NCBI GenBank assembly: GCA_964247055.1
Contig: OZ176052.1
Coordinates: 13,454,001-13,518,000, forward strand
Origin: Paragordius varius
Lineage: Eukaryota > Animalia > Nematomorpha
Reading direction: 5' to 3'
Length of the DNA stretch: 64,000 nt
Shown here: piece by piece, positions 53,301 through 64,000 of the stretch
Layout of the letters: each line of letters begins with the position of its first letter
Position numbering within the stretch: position 1 is the stretch's first letter
Notes under the pieces: generated by a model
The model's database searches: none
Told to the model about the DNA's origin: nothing
What the model saw: only the letters and a program-made list of their open reading frames with translations
Translations under genes and position numbers: made by a program

Positions 53301-55996
53301 AATTCATAAAAATTACATTTATAGTCCGATCCCCAAAGTATTCGGGGTGATGATGGAACTACCATAGGGCTACCCAAAAAAAATTATGGCGACATCACCT
53401 GATCAAATTTGGATTTTAGGTCGCCATTTTTATTTTTAAAATCGTATAAAATAAATTTTTTAAATATTTAAAAAATTCAAAAAAATTACATTTATACTCC
53501 GATCTCGACAATATTTGGGTTGATGATGGAACTACCATAGGGCTACCTAAAAAAAATTATGGTGACATCACCTGATCAAATTTGGATTTTAGGTAGCCAT
53601 TTTTATTTTTAAAATCGTATAAAATAAATTTTTTAAATATTTAAAAAATTCATAAAAATTACATTTATACTCCGATCCCCAAAATATTTTTGGTGATGAT
53701 GGAACTACTATAGGGCTACCCAAAAAAAATTTTGGCGACATCACCTGATCAAATTTGGATTTTAGTAGCCATTTTTATTTTTAAAATCGTATAAAATAAA
53801 TTTTTTAAATATTAAAAAAATTCATAAAAATTACATTTATAGTCCGATCCCCAAAGTATTCGGGGTGATGATGGAACTACCATAGGGCTACTCAAAAAAA
53901 ATTATGGTGACATCACCTGATCAAATTTGGATTTTAGGTAGCCATTTTTATTTTTAAAATCGTATAAAATAAATAAATATTTAAAAAATTCATAAAAATT
54001 ACATTTATACTCCGATCCCGAAAATATTTGGGGTGATGATGGAACTACCATAGGGCTACCCAAAAAAATTATAGTGACATCACCTGATCAAATTTGGATT
54101 TTAGGTAGCCATTTTTATTTTTAAAATCGTATAAAATAAATTTTTTAAATATTTAAAAAATTCATAAAAATTACATTTTTACTCCGATCTCGAAAATATT
54201 TGGGGTGATGATGTACCATAGGGCTACCCAAAAAAAATTATGGTGACATCACCTGATCAAATTTGGATTTTAGGTAGCCATTTTTATTTTTAAAATCGTA
54301 TAAAATAAATTTTTTAAATATTTAAAAAATTCATAAAAATTACATTTATACTCCGATCTCGAAAATATTTGAGGTGATGATGGAACTAACATAGGGCTAC
54401 CCAAAAAAAATTATGGTGACATCACCTGATCAAATTTGGATTTTAGGTAGCCATTTTTATTTTTAAAATCGTATAAAATAAATTTTTTAAATATTTAAAA
54501 AATTCATAAAAATTACATTTATAGTCCGATCCCCAAAATATTTGGGGTGATGATGGAACTACCATAGGGCTACCCAAAAAAAATTATGGTGACATCACCT
54601 GATCAAATTTGGATTTTAGGTAGCCATTTTTATTTTTAAAATCGTATAAAATAAATTTTTTAAATATTTAAAAAATTCATAAAAATTACATTTATAGTCC
54701 GATCCCCAAAATATTTGGGGTGATGATGGAACTACCATAAGGCTACCCAAAAAAATTATAGTGACATCACCTGATCAAATTTAGATTTTAGGTAGCCATT
54801 TTTATTTTTAAAATCGTATAAAATATTTTTAAATATTTAAAAAAATTCATAAAAATTACATTTATACTCCGATCTCGAAAATATTTGGGGTGATGATGGA
54901 ACTAACATAGGGCTACCTAAAAAAAATTATGGTGACATCACCTGATCAAATTTGGATTTTAGGTAGCCATTTTTATTTTTAAAATCGTATAAAATAAATT
55001 TTTTAAATATTTTAAAAATTCATAAAAATTACATTTATACTCCGATCTCGAAAATATTTGAGGTGATGATGGAACTAACATAGGGCTACCCAAAAAAAAT
55101 TATGGTGACATCACCTGATCAAATTTGGATTTTAGGTAGCCATTTTTATTTTTAAAATCGTATAAAATAAATTTTTTAAATATTTAAAAAATTCATAAAA
55201 ATTACATTTATAGTCCGATCCCCAAAATATTTGGGGTGATGATGGAACTACCATAGGGCTACCCAAAAAAATTATAGTGACATCACCTGATCAAATTTGG
55301 ATTTTAGGTAGCCATTTTTATTTTTAAAATCGTATAAAATAAATTTTTTAAATATTTAAAAAATTCATAAAAATTACATTTATAGTCCGATCCCCAAAAT
55401 ATTTGGGGTGATGATTGAACTACCATAGGGCTACCCAAAAAAATTATAGTGACATCACCTGATCAAATTTGGATTTTAGGTAGCCATTTTTATTTTTAAA
55501 ATCGTATAAAATATTTTTAAATATTTAAAAAATTCATAAAAATTACATTTATACTCCGATCTCGAAAATATTTGGGGTGATGATGGAACTAACATAGGGC
55601 TACCCAAAAAAAATTATGGTGACATCACCTGATCAAATTTGGATTTTAGGTAGCCATTTTTATTTTTAAAATCGTATAAAATAAATTTTTTAAATATTTA
55701 AAAAATTCATAAAAATTACATTTATACTCCGATCTCGAAAATATTTGAGGTGATGATGGAACTAACATAGGGCTACCCAAAAAAAATTATGGTGACATCA
55801 CCTGATCAAATTTGGATTTTAGGTAGCCATTTTTATTTTTAAAATCGTATAAAATAAATTTTTTAAATATTTAAAAAATTCATAAAAATTACATTTATAG
55901 TCCGATCCCCAAAATATTTGGGGTGATGATGGAACTACCATAGGGCTACCCAAAAAAAATTATGGTGACATCACCTGATCAAATTTGGATTCTAGG

Positions 55997-57704
55997 TAGC
56001 CATTTTTATTTTTAAAATCGTATAAAATAAATTTTTTAAATATTTAAAAAATTCATAAAAATTACATTTATAGTCCGATCCCCAAAGTATTCGGGGTGAT
56101 GATGGAACTACCATAGGGCTACCCAAAAAAAATTATGGCGACATCACCTGATCAAATTTGGATTTTAGGTAGCCATTTTTATTTTTAAAATCGTATAAAA
56201 TAAATTTTTTAAATATTTAAAAAATTCATAAAAATTACATTTATAGTCCGATCCCCAAAATATTTGGGGTGATGATGGAACTACCATAGGGCTACCCAAA
56301 AAAATTATAGTGACATCACCTGATCAAATTTGGATTTTAGGTAGCCATTTTTATTTTTAAAATCTTATAAAATAAATTTTTTAAATATTTAAAAAATTCA
56401 TAAAAATTACATTTATACTCCGATCTCGAAAATATTTAAGGTGATGATGGAACTACCATAGGGCTACCCAAAAAAATTATAGTGACATCACCTGATCAAA
56501 TTTGGATTTTAGGTAGCCATTTTTATTTTTAAAATCGTATAAAATAAATTTTTTAAATATTTAAAAAATTCATAAAAATTACATTTATACTCCGATCTCG
56601 AAAATATTTGGGGTGATGATGGAACTACCATAGGGCTACCCAAAAAAAATTATGGTGACATCACCTGATAAAATTTGGATTTTAGGTAGCCATTTTTAAA
56701 ATCGTATAAAATAAATTTTTTAAATATTTAAAAAATTCAAAAAAACTACAATACTCCGATCTCGACAATATTTGGGGTGATGATGAAACTACCATAGGGC
56801 TACCCAAAAAACATTATGGTGACATCACCTGATCAAATTTGGATTTTAGGTAGCCATTTTTATTTTTAAAATCGTATAAAATAAATTTTTTAAATATTTA
56901 AAAAATTCATAAAAATTACATTTATAGTCCGATCCCCAAAGTATTCGGGGTGATGATGGAACTACCATAGGGCTACCCAAAAAAAATTATGGCGACATCA
57001 CCTGATCAAATTTGGATTTTAGGTAGCCATTTTTATTTTTAAAATCGTATAAAATAAATTTTTTAAATATTTAAAAAATTCATAAAAATTACATTTATAG
57101 TCCGATCCCCAAAATATTTGGGGTGATGATGGAACTACCATAGGGCTACCCAAAAAAATTATAGTGACATCACCTGATCAAATTTGGATTTTAGGTAGCC
57201 ATTTTTATTTTTAAAATCTTATAAAATAAATTTTTTAAATATTTAAAAAATTCATAAAAATTACATTTATACTCCGATCTCGAAAATATTTAAGGTGATG
57301 ATGGAACTACCATAGGGCTACCCAAAAAAATTATAGTGACATCACCTGATCAAATTTGGATTTTAGGTAGCCATTTTTATTTTTAAAATCGTATAAAATA
57401 AATTTTTTAAATATTTAAAAAATTCATAAAAATTACATTTATACTCCGATCTCGAAAATATTTGGGGTGATGATGGAACTACCATAGGGCTACCCAAAAA
57501 AAATTATGGTGACATCACCTGATCAAATTTGGATTTTAGGTAGCCATTTTTAAAATCGTATAAAATAAATTTTTTAAATATTTAAAAAATTCAAAAAAAC
57601 TACAATACTCCGATCTCGACAATATTTGGGGTGATGATGAAACTACCATAGGGCTACCCAAAAAACATTATGGTGACATCACCTGATCAAATTTGGATTT
57701 TAGG
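55997..57704. repeat. Tandem 5-monomer higher-order repeat, 2 copies of 854 bp
   Basis: AATCTTATA (56365/57219), ATATTTAAGG, and the 164-bp monomer (56687/57541). Confidence 0.9.
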
Positions 57705-59588
57705 TAGCCATTTTTATTTTTAAAATCGTATAAAATAAATTTTTTAAATATTTAAAAAATTCATAAAAATTACATTTATAGTCCGATCCCCAAAGTATTC
57801 GGGGTGATGATGGAACTACCATAGGGCTACCCAAAAAAAATTATGGCGACATCACCTGATCAAATTTGGATTTTAGGTAGCCATTTTTATTTTTAAAATC
57901 GTATAAAATAAATTTTTTAAATATTTAAAAAATTCATAAAAATTACATTTATACTCCGATCTCGAAAATATTTGGGGTGATGATGGAACTACCATAGGGC
58001 TACCCAAAAAAAATTATGGTGACATCACCTGATCAAATTTGGATTTTAGGTAGCCATTTTTAAAATCGTATAAAATAAATTTTTTAAATATTTAAAAAAT
58101 TCAAAAAAACTACAATACTCCGATCTCGACAATATTTGGGGTGATGATGAAACTACCATAGGGCTACCCAAAAAACATTATGGTGACATCACCTGATCAA
58201 ATTTGGATTTTAGGTAGCCATTTTTATTTTTAAAATCGTATAAAATAAATTTTTTAAATATTTAAAAAATTCATAAAAATTACATTTATACTCCGATTTG
58301 AAAATATTTGATGTGATGATGGATCTACCATGGGGCTGCCCAAAAAAAATTATGGCGACATCACCTGATCAAATTTGGATTTTAGGTAGCCATTTTTATT
58401 TTTAAAATCGTATAAAATAAATTTTTTAAATATTTAAAAAATTCATAAAAATTACATTTATACTCCGATCTCGAAAATATTTGGGGTGATGATGGAACTA
58501 CCATAGGGCTACCCAAAAAAAATTATGGTGACATCACCTGATCAAATTTGGATTTTAGGTAGCCATTTTTAAAATCGTATAAAATAAATTTTTTAAATAT
58601 TTAAAAAATTCAAAAAAACTACAATACTCCGATCTCGACAATATTTGGGGTGATGATGGAACTACCATAGGGCTACCCAAAAAACATTATGGTGACATCA
58701 CCTGATCAAATTTGGATTTTAGGTAGCCATTTTTATTTTTAAAATCGTATAAAATAAATTTTTTAAATATTTAAAAAATTCATAAAAATTACATTTATAC
58801 TCCGATCTCGAAAATATTTGATGTGATGATGGATCTACCATGGGGCTGCCCAAAAAAAATTATGGCGACATCACCTGATCAAATTTGGATTTTAGGTAGC
58901 CATTTTTATTTTTAAAATCGTATAAAATAAATTTTTTAAATATTTAAAAAATTCATAAAAATTACATTTATACTCCGATCTCGAAAATATTTGGGGTGAT
59001 GATGGAACTACCATAGGGCTACCCAAAAAAAATTATGGTGACATCACCTGATCAAATTTGGATTTTAGGTAGCCATTTTTATTTTTAAAATCGTATAAAA
59101 TAAATTTTTTAAATATTTAAAAAATTCATAAAAATTACATTTATACTCCGATCTCGAAAATATTTGGGGTGATGATGGAACTACCATAGGGCTACCCAAA
59201 AAAAATTATGGTGACATCACCTGATCAAATTTGGATTTTAGGTAGCCATTTTTATTTTTAATATCGTATAAAATAAATTTTTTAAATATTTTAAAAATTC
59301 ATAAAAATTACATTTATACTCCGATCTCGAAAATATTTGATGTGATGATGGATCTACCATGGGGCTGCCCAAAAAAAATTATGGCGACATCACCTGATCA
59401 AATTTGGATTTTAGGTAGCCATTTTTATTTTTAAAATCGTATAAAATAAATTTTTTAAATATTTAAAAAATTCATAAAAATTACATTTATACTCCGATCT
59501 CGAAAATATTTGGGGTGATGATGGAACTACCATAGGGCTACCCAAAAAAAATTATGGTGACATCACCTGATCAAATTTGGATTTTAGG

Positions 59589-62500
59589 TAGCCATTTTTA
59601 TTTTTAAAATCGTATAAAATAAATTTTTTAAATATTTAAAAAATTCATAAAAATTACATTTATACTCCGATCTCGAAAATATTTGGGGTGATGATGGAAC
59701 TACCATAGGGCTACCCAAAAAAAATTATGGTGACATCACCTGATCAAATTTGGATTTTAGGTAGCCATTTTTATTTTTAATATCGTATAAAATAAATTTT
59801 TTAAATATTTTAAAAATTCATAAAAATTACATTTATACTCCGATCTCGAAAATATTTGGGGTGATGATGGAACTACCATAGGGCTACCCAAAAAAAATTA
59901 TGGTGAAATCACCTGATCAAATTTGGATTTTAGGTAGCCATTTTTATTTTTAAAATCGTATAAAATAAATTTTTTAAATATTTAAAAAATTCATAAAAAT
60001 TACATTTATACTCCGATCTCGACAATATTTGGGGTGATGATGGAACTACTATAGGGCTACCCAAAAAAAATTTTGGCGACATCACCTGATCAAATTTGGA
60101 TTTTGCCATTTTTATTTTTAAAATCGTATAAAATAAATTTTTTAAATATTTAAAAAATTCATAAAAATTACATTTATACTCCGATCTCGAAAATATTTGG
60201 GGTGATGATGGAACTACCATAGGGCTACCCAAAAAAAATTATGGTGACATCACCTGATCAAATTTGGATTTTAGGTAGCCATTTTTAAAATCGTATAAAA
60301 TAAATTTTTTAAATATTTAAAAAATTCAAAAAAACTACAATACTCCGATCTCGACAATATTTGGGGTGATGATGGAACTACCATAGGGCTACCCAAAAAA
60401 CATTATGGTGACATCACCTGATCAAATTTGGATTTTAGGTAGCCATTTTTATTTTTAAAATCGTATAAAATAAATTTTTTAAATATTTAAAAAATTCATA
60501 AAAATTACATTTATACTCCGATCTCGAAAATATTTGGGATGATGATGGAACTACCATAGGGCTACCCAAAAAACATTATGGTGACATCACCTGATCAAAT
60601 TTGGATTTTAGGTAGCCATTTTTATTTTTAAAATCGTATAAAATAAATTTTTTAAATATTTAAAAAATTCATAAAAATTACATTTATACTCCGATTTGAA
60701 AATATTTGGGGTGATGATGGAACTACCATAGGGCTACCCAAAAAAAATTATGGTGACATCACCTGATCAAATTTGGATTTTAGGTAGCCATTTTTATTTT
60801 TAAAATCGTATAAAATAAATTTTTTAAATATTTAAAAAATTCATAAAAATTACATTTATACTCCGATCTCGAAAATATTTGATGTGATGATGGATCTACC
60901 ATGGGGCTGCCCAAAAAAAATTATGGCGACATCACCTGATCAAATTTGGATTTTAGGTAGCCATTTTTATTTTTAAAATCGTATAAAATAAATTTTTTAA
61001 ATATTTAAAAAATTCATAAAAATTACATTTATACTCCGATCTCGAAAATATTTGGGGTGATGATGGAACTACCATAGGGCTACCCAAAAAAAATTATGGC
61101 GACATCACCTGATCAAATTTGGATTTTAGGTAGCCATTTTTATTTTTAAAATCGTATAAAATAAATTTTTTAAATATTTAAAAAATTCATAAAAATTACA
61201 TTTATACTCCGATCTCGAAAATATTTGGGGTGATGATGGAACTACCATAAAGCTACCCAAAAAAAATTATGGTGACATCACCTGATCAAATTTGGATTTT
61301 AGGTAGCCATTTTTATTTTTAAAATCGTATAAAATAAATTTTTTAAATATTTAAAAAATTCATAAAAATTACATTTATACTCCGATCTCGAAAATATTTG
61401 GGGTGATGATGGAACTACCATAGGGCTACCCAAAAAAAATTATGGTGACATCACCTGATCAAATTTGGATTTTAGGTAGCCATTTTTATTTTTAAAATCG
61501 TATAAAATAAATTTTTTAAATATTTAAAAAATTCATAAAAATTACATTTATACTCCGATCTCGAAAATATTTGGGGTGATGATGGAACTACCATAGGGCT
61601 ACCCAAAAAAAGTTATGGCGACATCACCTGATCAAATTTGGATTATAGGTAGCCATTTTTATTTTTAAAATCGTATAAAATAAATTTTTTAAATATTTAA
61701 AAAATTCATAAAAATTACATTTATACTCCGATCTCGAAAATATTTGGGGTGATGATGGAACTACTATAGGGCTACCCAAAAAAAATTTTGGCGATATCAC
61801 CTGATCAAATTTGGATTTTAGGTAGCCATTTTTATTTTTAAAATCGTATAAAATAAATTTTTTAAATATTTAAAAAATTCATAAAAATTACATTTATACT
61901 CCGATCTCGAAAATATTTGGGGTGATGATGGAACTACCATAGGGCTACCCAAAAAAAATTATGGTGACATCACCTGATCAAATTTGGATTTTAGGTAGCC
62001 ATTTTTATTTTTAATATCGTATAAAATAAATTTTTTAAATATTTTAAAAATTCATAAAAATTACATTTATACTCCGATCTCGAAAATATTTGGGGTGATG
62101 ATGGAACTACCATAGGGCTACCCAAAAAAAATTATGGTGAAATCACCTGATCAAATTTGGATTTTAGGTAGCCATTTTTATTTTTAAAATCGTATAAAAT
62201 AAATTTTTTAAATATTTAAAAAATTCATAAAAATTACATTTATACTCCGATCTCGAAAATATTTGGGGTGATGATGGAACTACTATAGGGCTACCCAAAA
62301 AAAATTTTGGCGACATCACCTGATCAAATTTGGATTTTGCCATTTTTATTTTTAAAATCGTATAAAATAAATTTTTTAAATATTTAAAAAATTCATAAAA
62401 ATTACATTTATACTCCGATCTCGAAAATATTTGGGGTGATGATGGAACTACCATAGGGCTACCCAAAAAAAATTATGGTGACATCACCTGATCAAATTTG

Positions 62501-63201
62501 GATTTTAGGTAGCCATTTTTAAAATCGTATAAAATAAATTTTTTAAATATTTAAAAAATTCAAAAAAACTACAATACTCCGATCTCGACAATATTTGGGG
62601 TGATGATGGAACTACCATAGGGCTACCCAAAAAACATTATGGTGACATCACCTGATCAAATTTGGATTTTAGGTAGCCATTTTTATTTTTAAAATCGTAT
62701 AAAATAAATTTTTTAAATATTTAAAAAATTCATAAAAATTACATTTATACTCCGATCTCGAAAATATTTGGGATGATGATGGAACTACCATAGGGCTACC
62801 CAAAAAACATTATGGTGACATCACCTGATCAAATTTGGATTTTAGGTAGCCATTTTTATTTTTAAAATCGTATAAAATAAATTTTTTAAATATTTAAAAA
62901 ATTCATAAAAATTACATTTATACTCCGATTTGAAAATATTTGGGGTGATGATGGAACTACCATAGGGCTACCCAAAAAAAATTATGGTGACATCACCTGA
63001 TCAAATTTGGATTTTAGGTAGCCATTTTTATTTTTAAAATCGTATAAAATAAATTTTTTAAATATTTAAAAAATTCATAAAAATTACATTTATACTCCGA
63101 TCTCGAAAATATTTGATGTGATGATGGATCTACCATGGGGCTGCCCAAAAAAAATTATGGCGACATCACCTGATCAAATTTGGATTTTAGGTAGCCATTT
63201 T
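59589..63201. repeat. Tandem 13-monomer higher-order repeat of 2234 bp; second copy partial (8 monomers)
   Basis: GGTGAAATC (59907/62141), GGATTTTGCC, CCATGG (60899/63133), and the near-identical spurious ORFs at 59930 and 62164, all 2234 bp apart. Confidence 0.9.
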
Positions 63202-64000
63202 TATTTTTAAAATCGTATAAAATAAATTTTTTAAATATTTAAAAAATTCATAAAAATTACATTTATACTCCGATCTCAAAAATATTTGGGGTGATGATGG
63301 AACTACCATAGGGCTACCCAAAAAAAATTATGGTGACATCACCTGATCAAATTTGGATTTTAGGTAGCCATTTTTAAAATCGTATAAAATAAATTTTTTA
63401 AATATTTAAAAAATTCAAAAAAACTACAATACTCCGATCTCGACAATATTTGGGGTGATGATGGAACTACCATAGGGCTACCCAAAAAACATTATGGTGA
63501 CATCACCTGATCAAATTTGGATTTTAGGTAGCCATTTTTATTTTTAAAATCGTATAAAATAAATTTTTTAAATATTTAAAAAATTCATAAAAATTACATT
63601 TATACTCCGATCTCGAAAATATTTGGGGTGATGATGGAACTACCATAGGGCTACCCAAAAAAAATTATGGTGACATCACCTGATCAAATTTGGATTTTAG
63701 GTAGCCATTTTTATTTTTAAAATCGTATAAAATAAATTTTTTAAATATTTAAAAAATTCATAAAAATTACATTTATACTCCGATCTCGAAAATATTTGAT
63801 GTGATGATGGATCTACCATGGGGCTGCCCAAAAAAAATTATGGCGACATCACCTGATCAAATTTGGATTTTAGGTAGCCATTTTTATTTTTAAAATCGTA
63901 TAAAATAAATTTTTTAAATATTTAAAAAATTCATAAAAATTACATTTATACTCCGATCTCGAAAATATTTGGGGTGATGATGGAACTACCATAGGGCTAC

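Larger units (their letters stand above)
4249..64000. repeat. Satellite B tandem array, 173-bp monomer (about 26% GC), about 347 head-to-tail copies in one orientation; continues off the right edge
   Basis: Consensus TAGCCATTTTTATTTTTAAAATCGTATAAAATAAATTTTTTAAATATTTAAAAAATTCATAAAAATTACATTTATACTCCGATCTCGAAAATATTTGGGGTGATGATGGAACTACCATAGGGCTACCCAAAAAAAATTATGGTGACATCACCTGATCAAATTTGGATTTTAGG (173 nt). TAGCC anchors at 4249, 4422, 4595, and e.g. 12201, 12374. Copy number is estimated from length divided by 173, corrected for deletions. Confidence 0.98.

Noticed and set aside
20315-62466. Minus-strand ORFs at 20315-20551, 59930-60232 and 62164-62466
   Set aside because: They are read-through of satellite B where small indels remove stops or shift frame. 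Composition is K/F/N/I-rich and internally repeated.
1-64000. CRISPR array or prokaryotic system
   Set aside because: No unique spacers, units far longer than CRISPR repeats, and no cas or other genes.
1-64000. Assignment to a named satellite or species (e.g. alpha satellite, CEN178, Drosophila 1.688)
   Set aside because: Monomer lengths are similar to several known families, but I do not recognise the sequence. A database search is required.

Overview
The whole 64 kb window is AT-rich (about 26-28% GC) tandem satellite DNA of eukaryotic type. I find no credible protein-coding gene, rRNA/tRNA, CRISPR array or autonomous mobile element. Satellite A (178-bp consensus monomer, variants 174-191 bp) fills 1-4249, about 23.6 copies. 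It joins, with no spacer and 1 nt of microhomology, to satellite B (173-bp monomer), which runs head-to-tail in one orientation from 4249 to the end (about 347 copies, estimated). Both monomers are rich in dyads: a 14-bp inverted repeat and a 10-bp palindrome in A; a 24-bp perfect AT palindrome, a 17-nt hairpin and a ~58-nt foldback in B. Array B is a patchwork of local higher-order or block duplications with different periods (2, 3, 4, 5, 6, 8, 10, 11, 13, 16, 20 monomers), and several deletions remove dyad arms precisely. The most intriguing but speculative signal is that each B monomer has a box C (GTGATGA), a box D (CTGA) and a 6-bp closing stem in canonical C/D kink-turn register. All five supplied ORFs are by-products of the repeats. 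Species and family cannot be identified from sequence alone. Coordinates and counts were read by eye and should be confirmed computationally.
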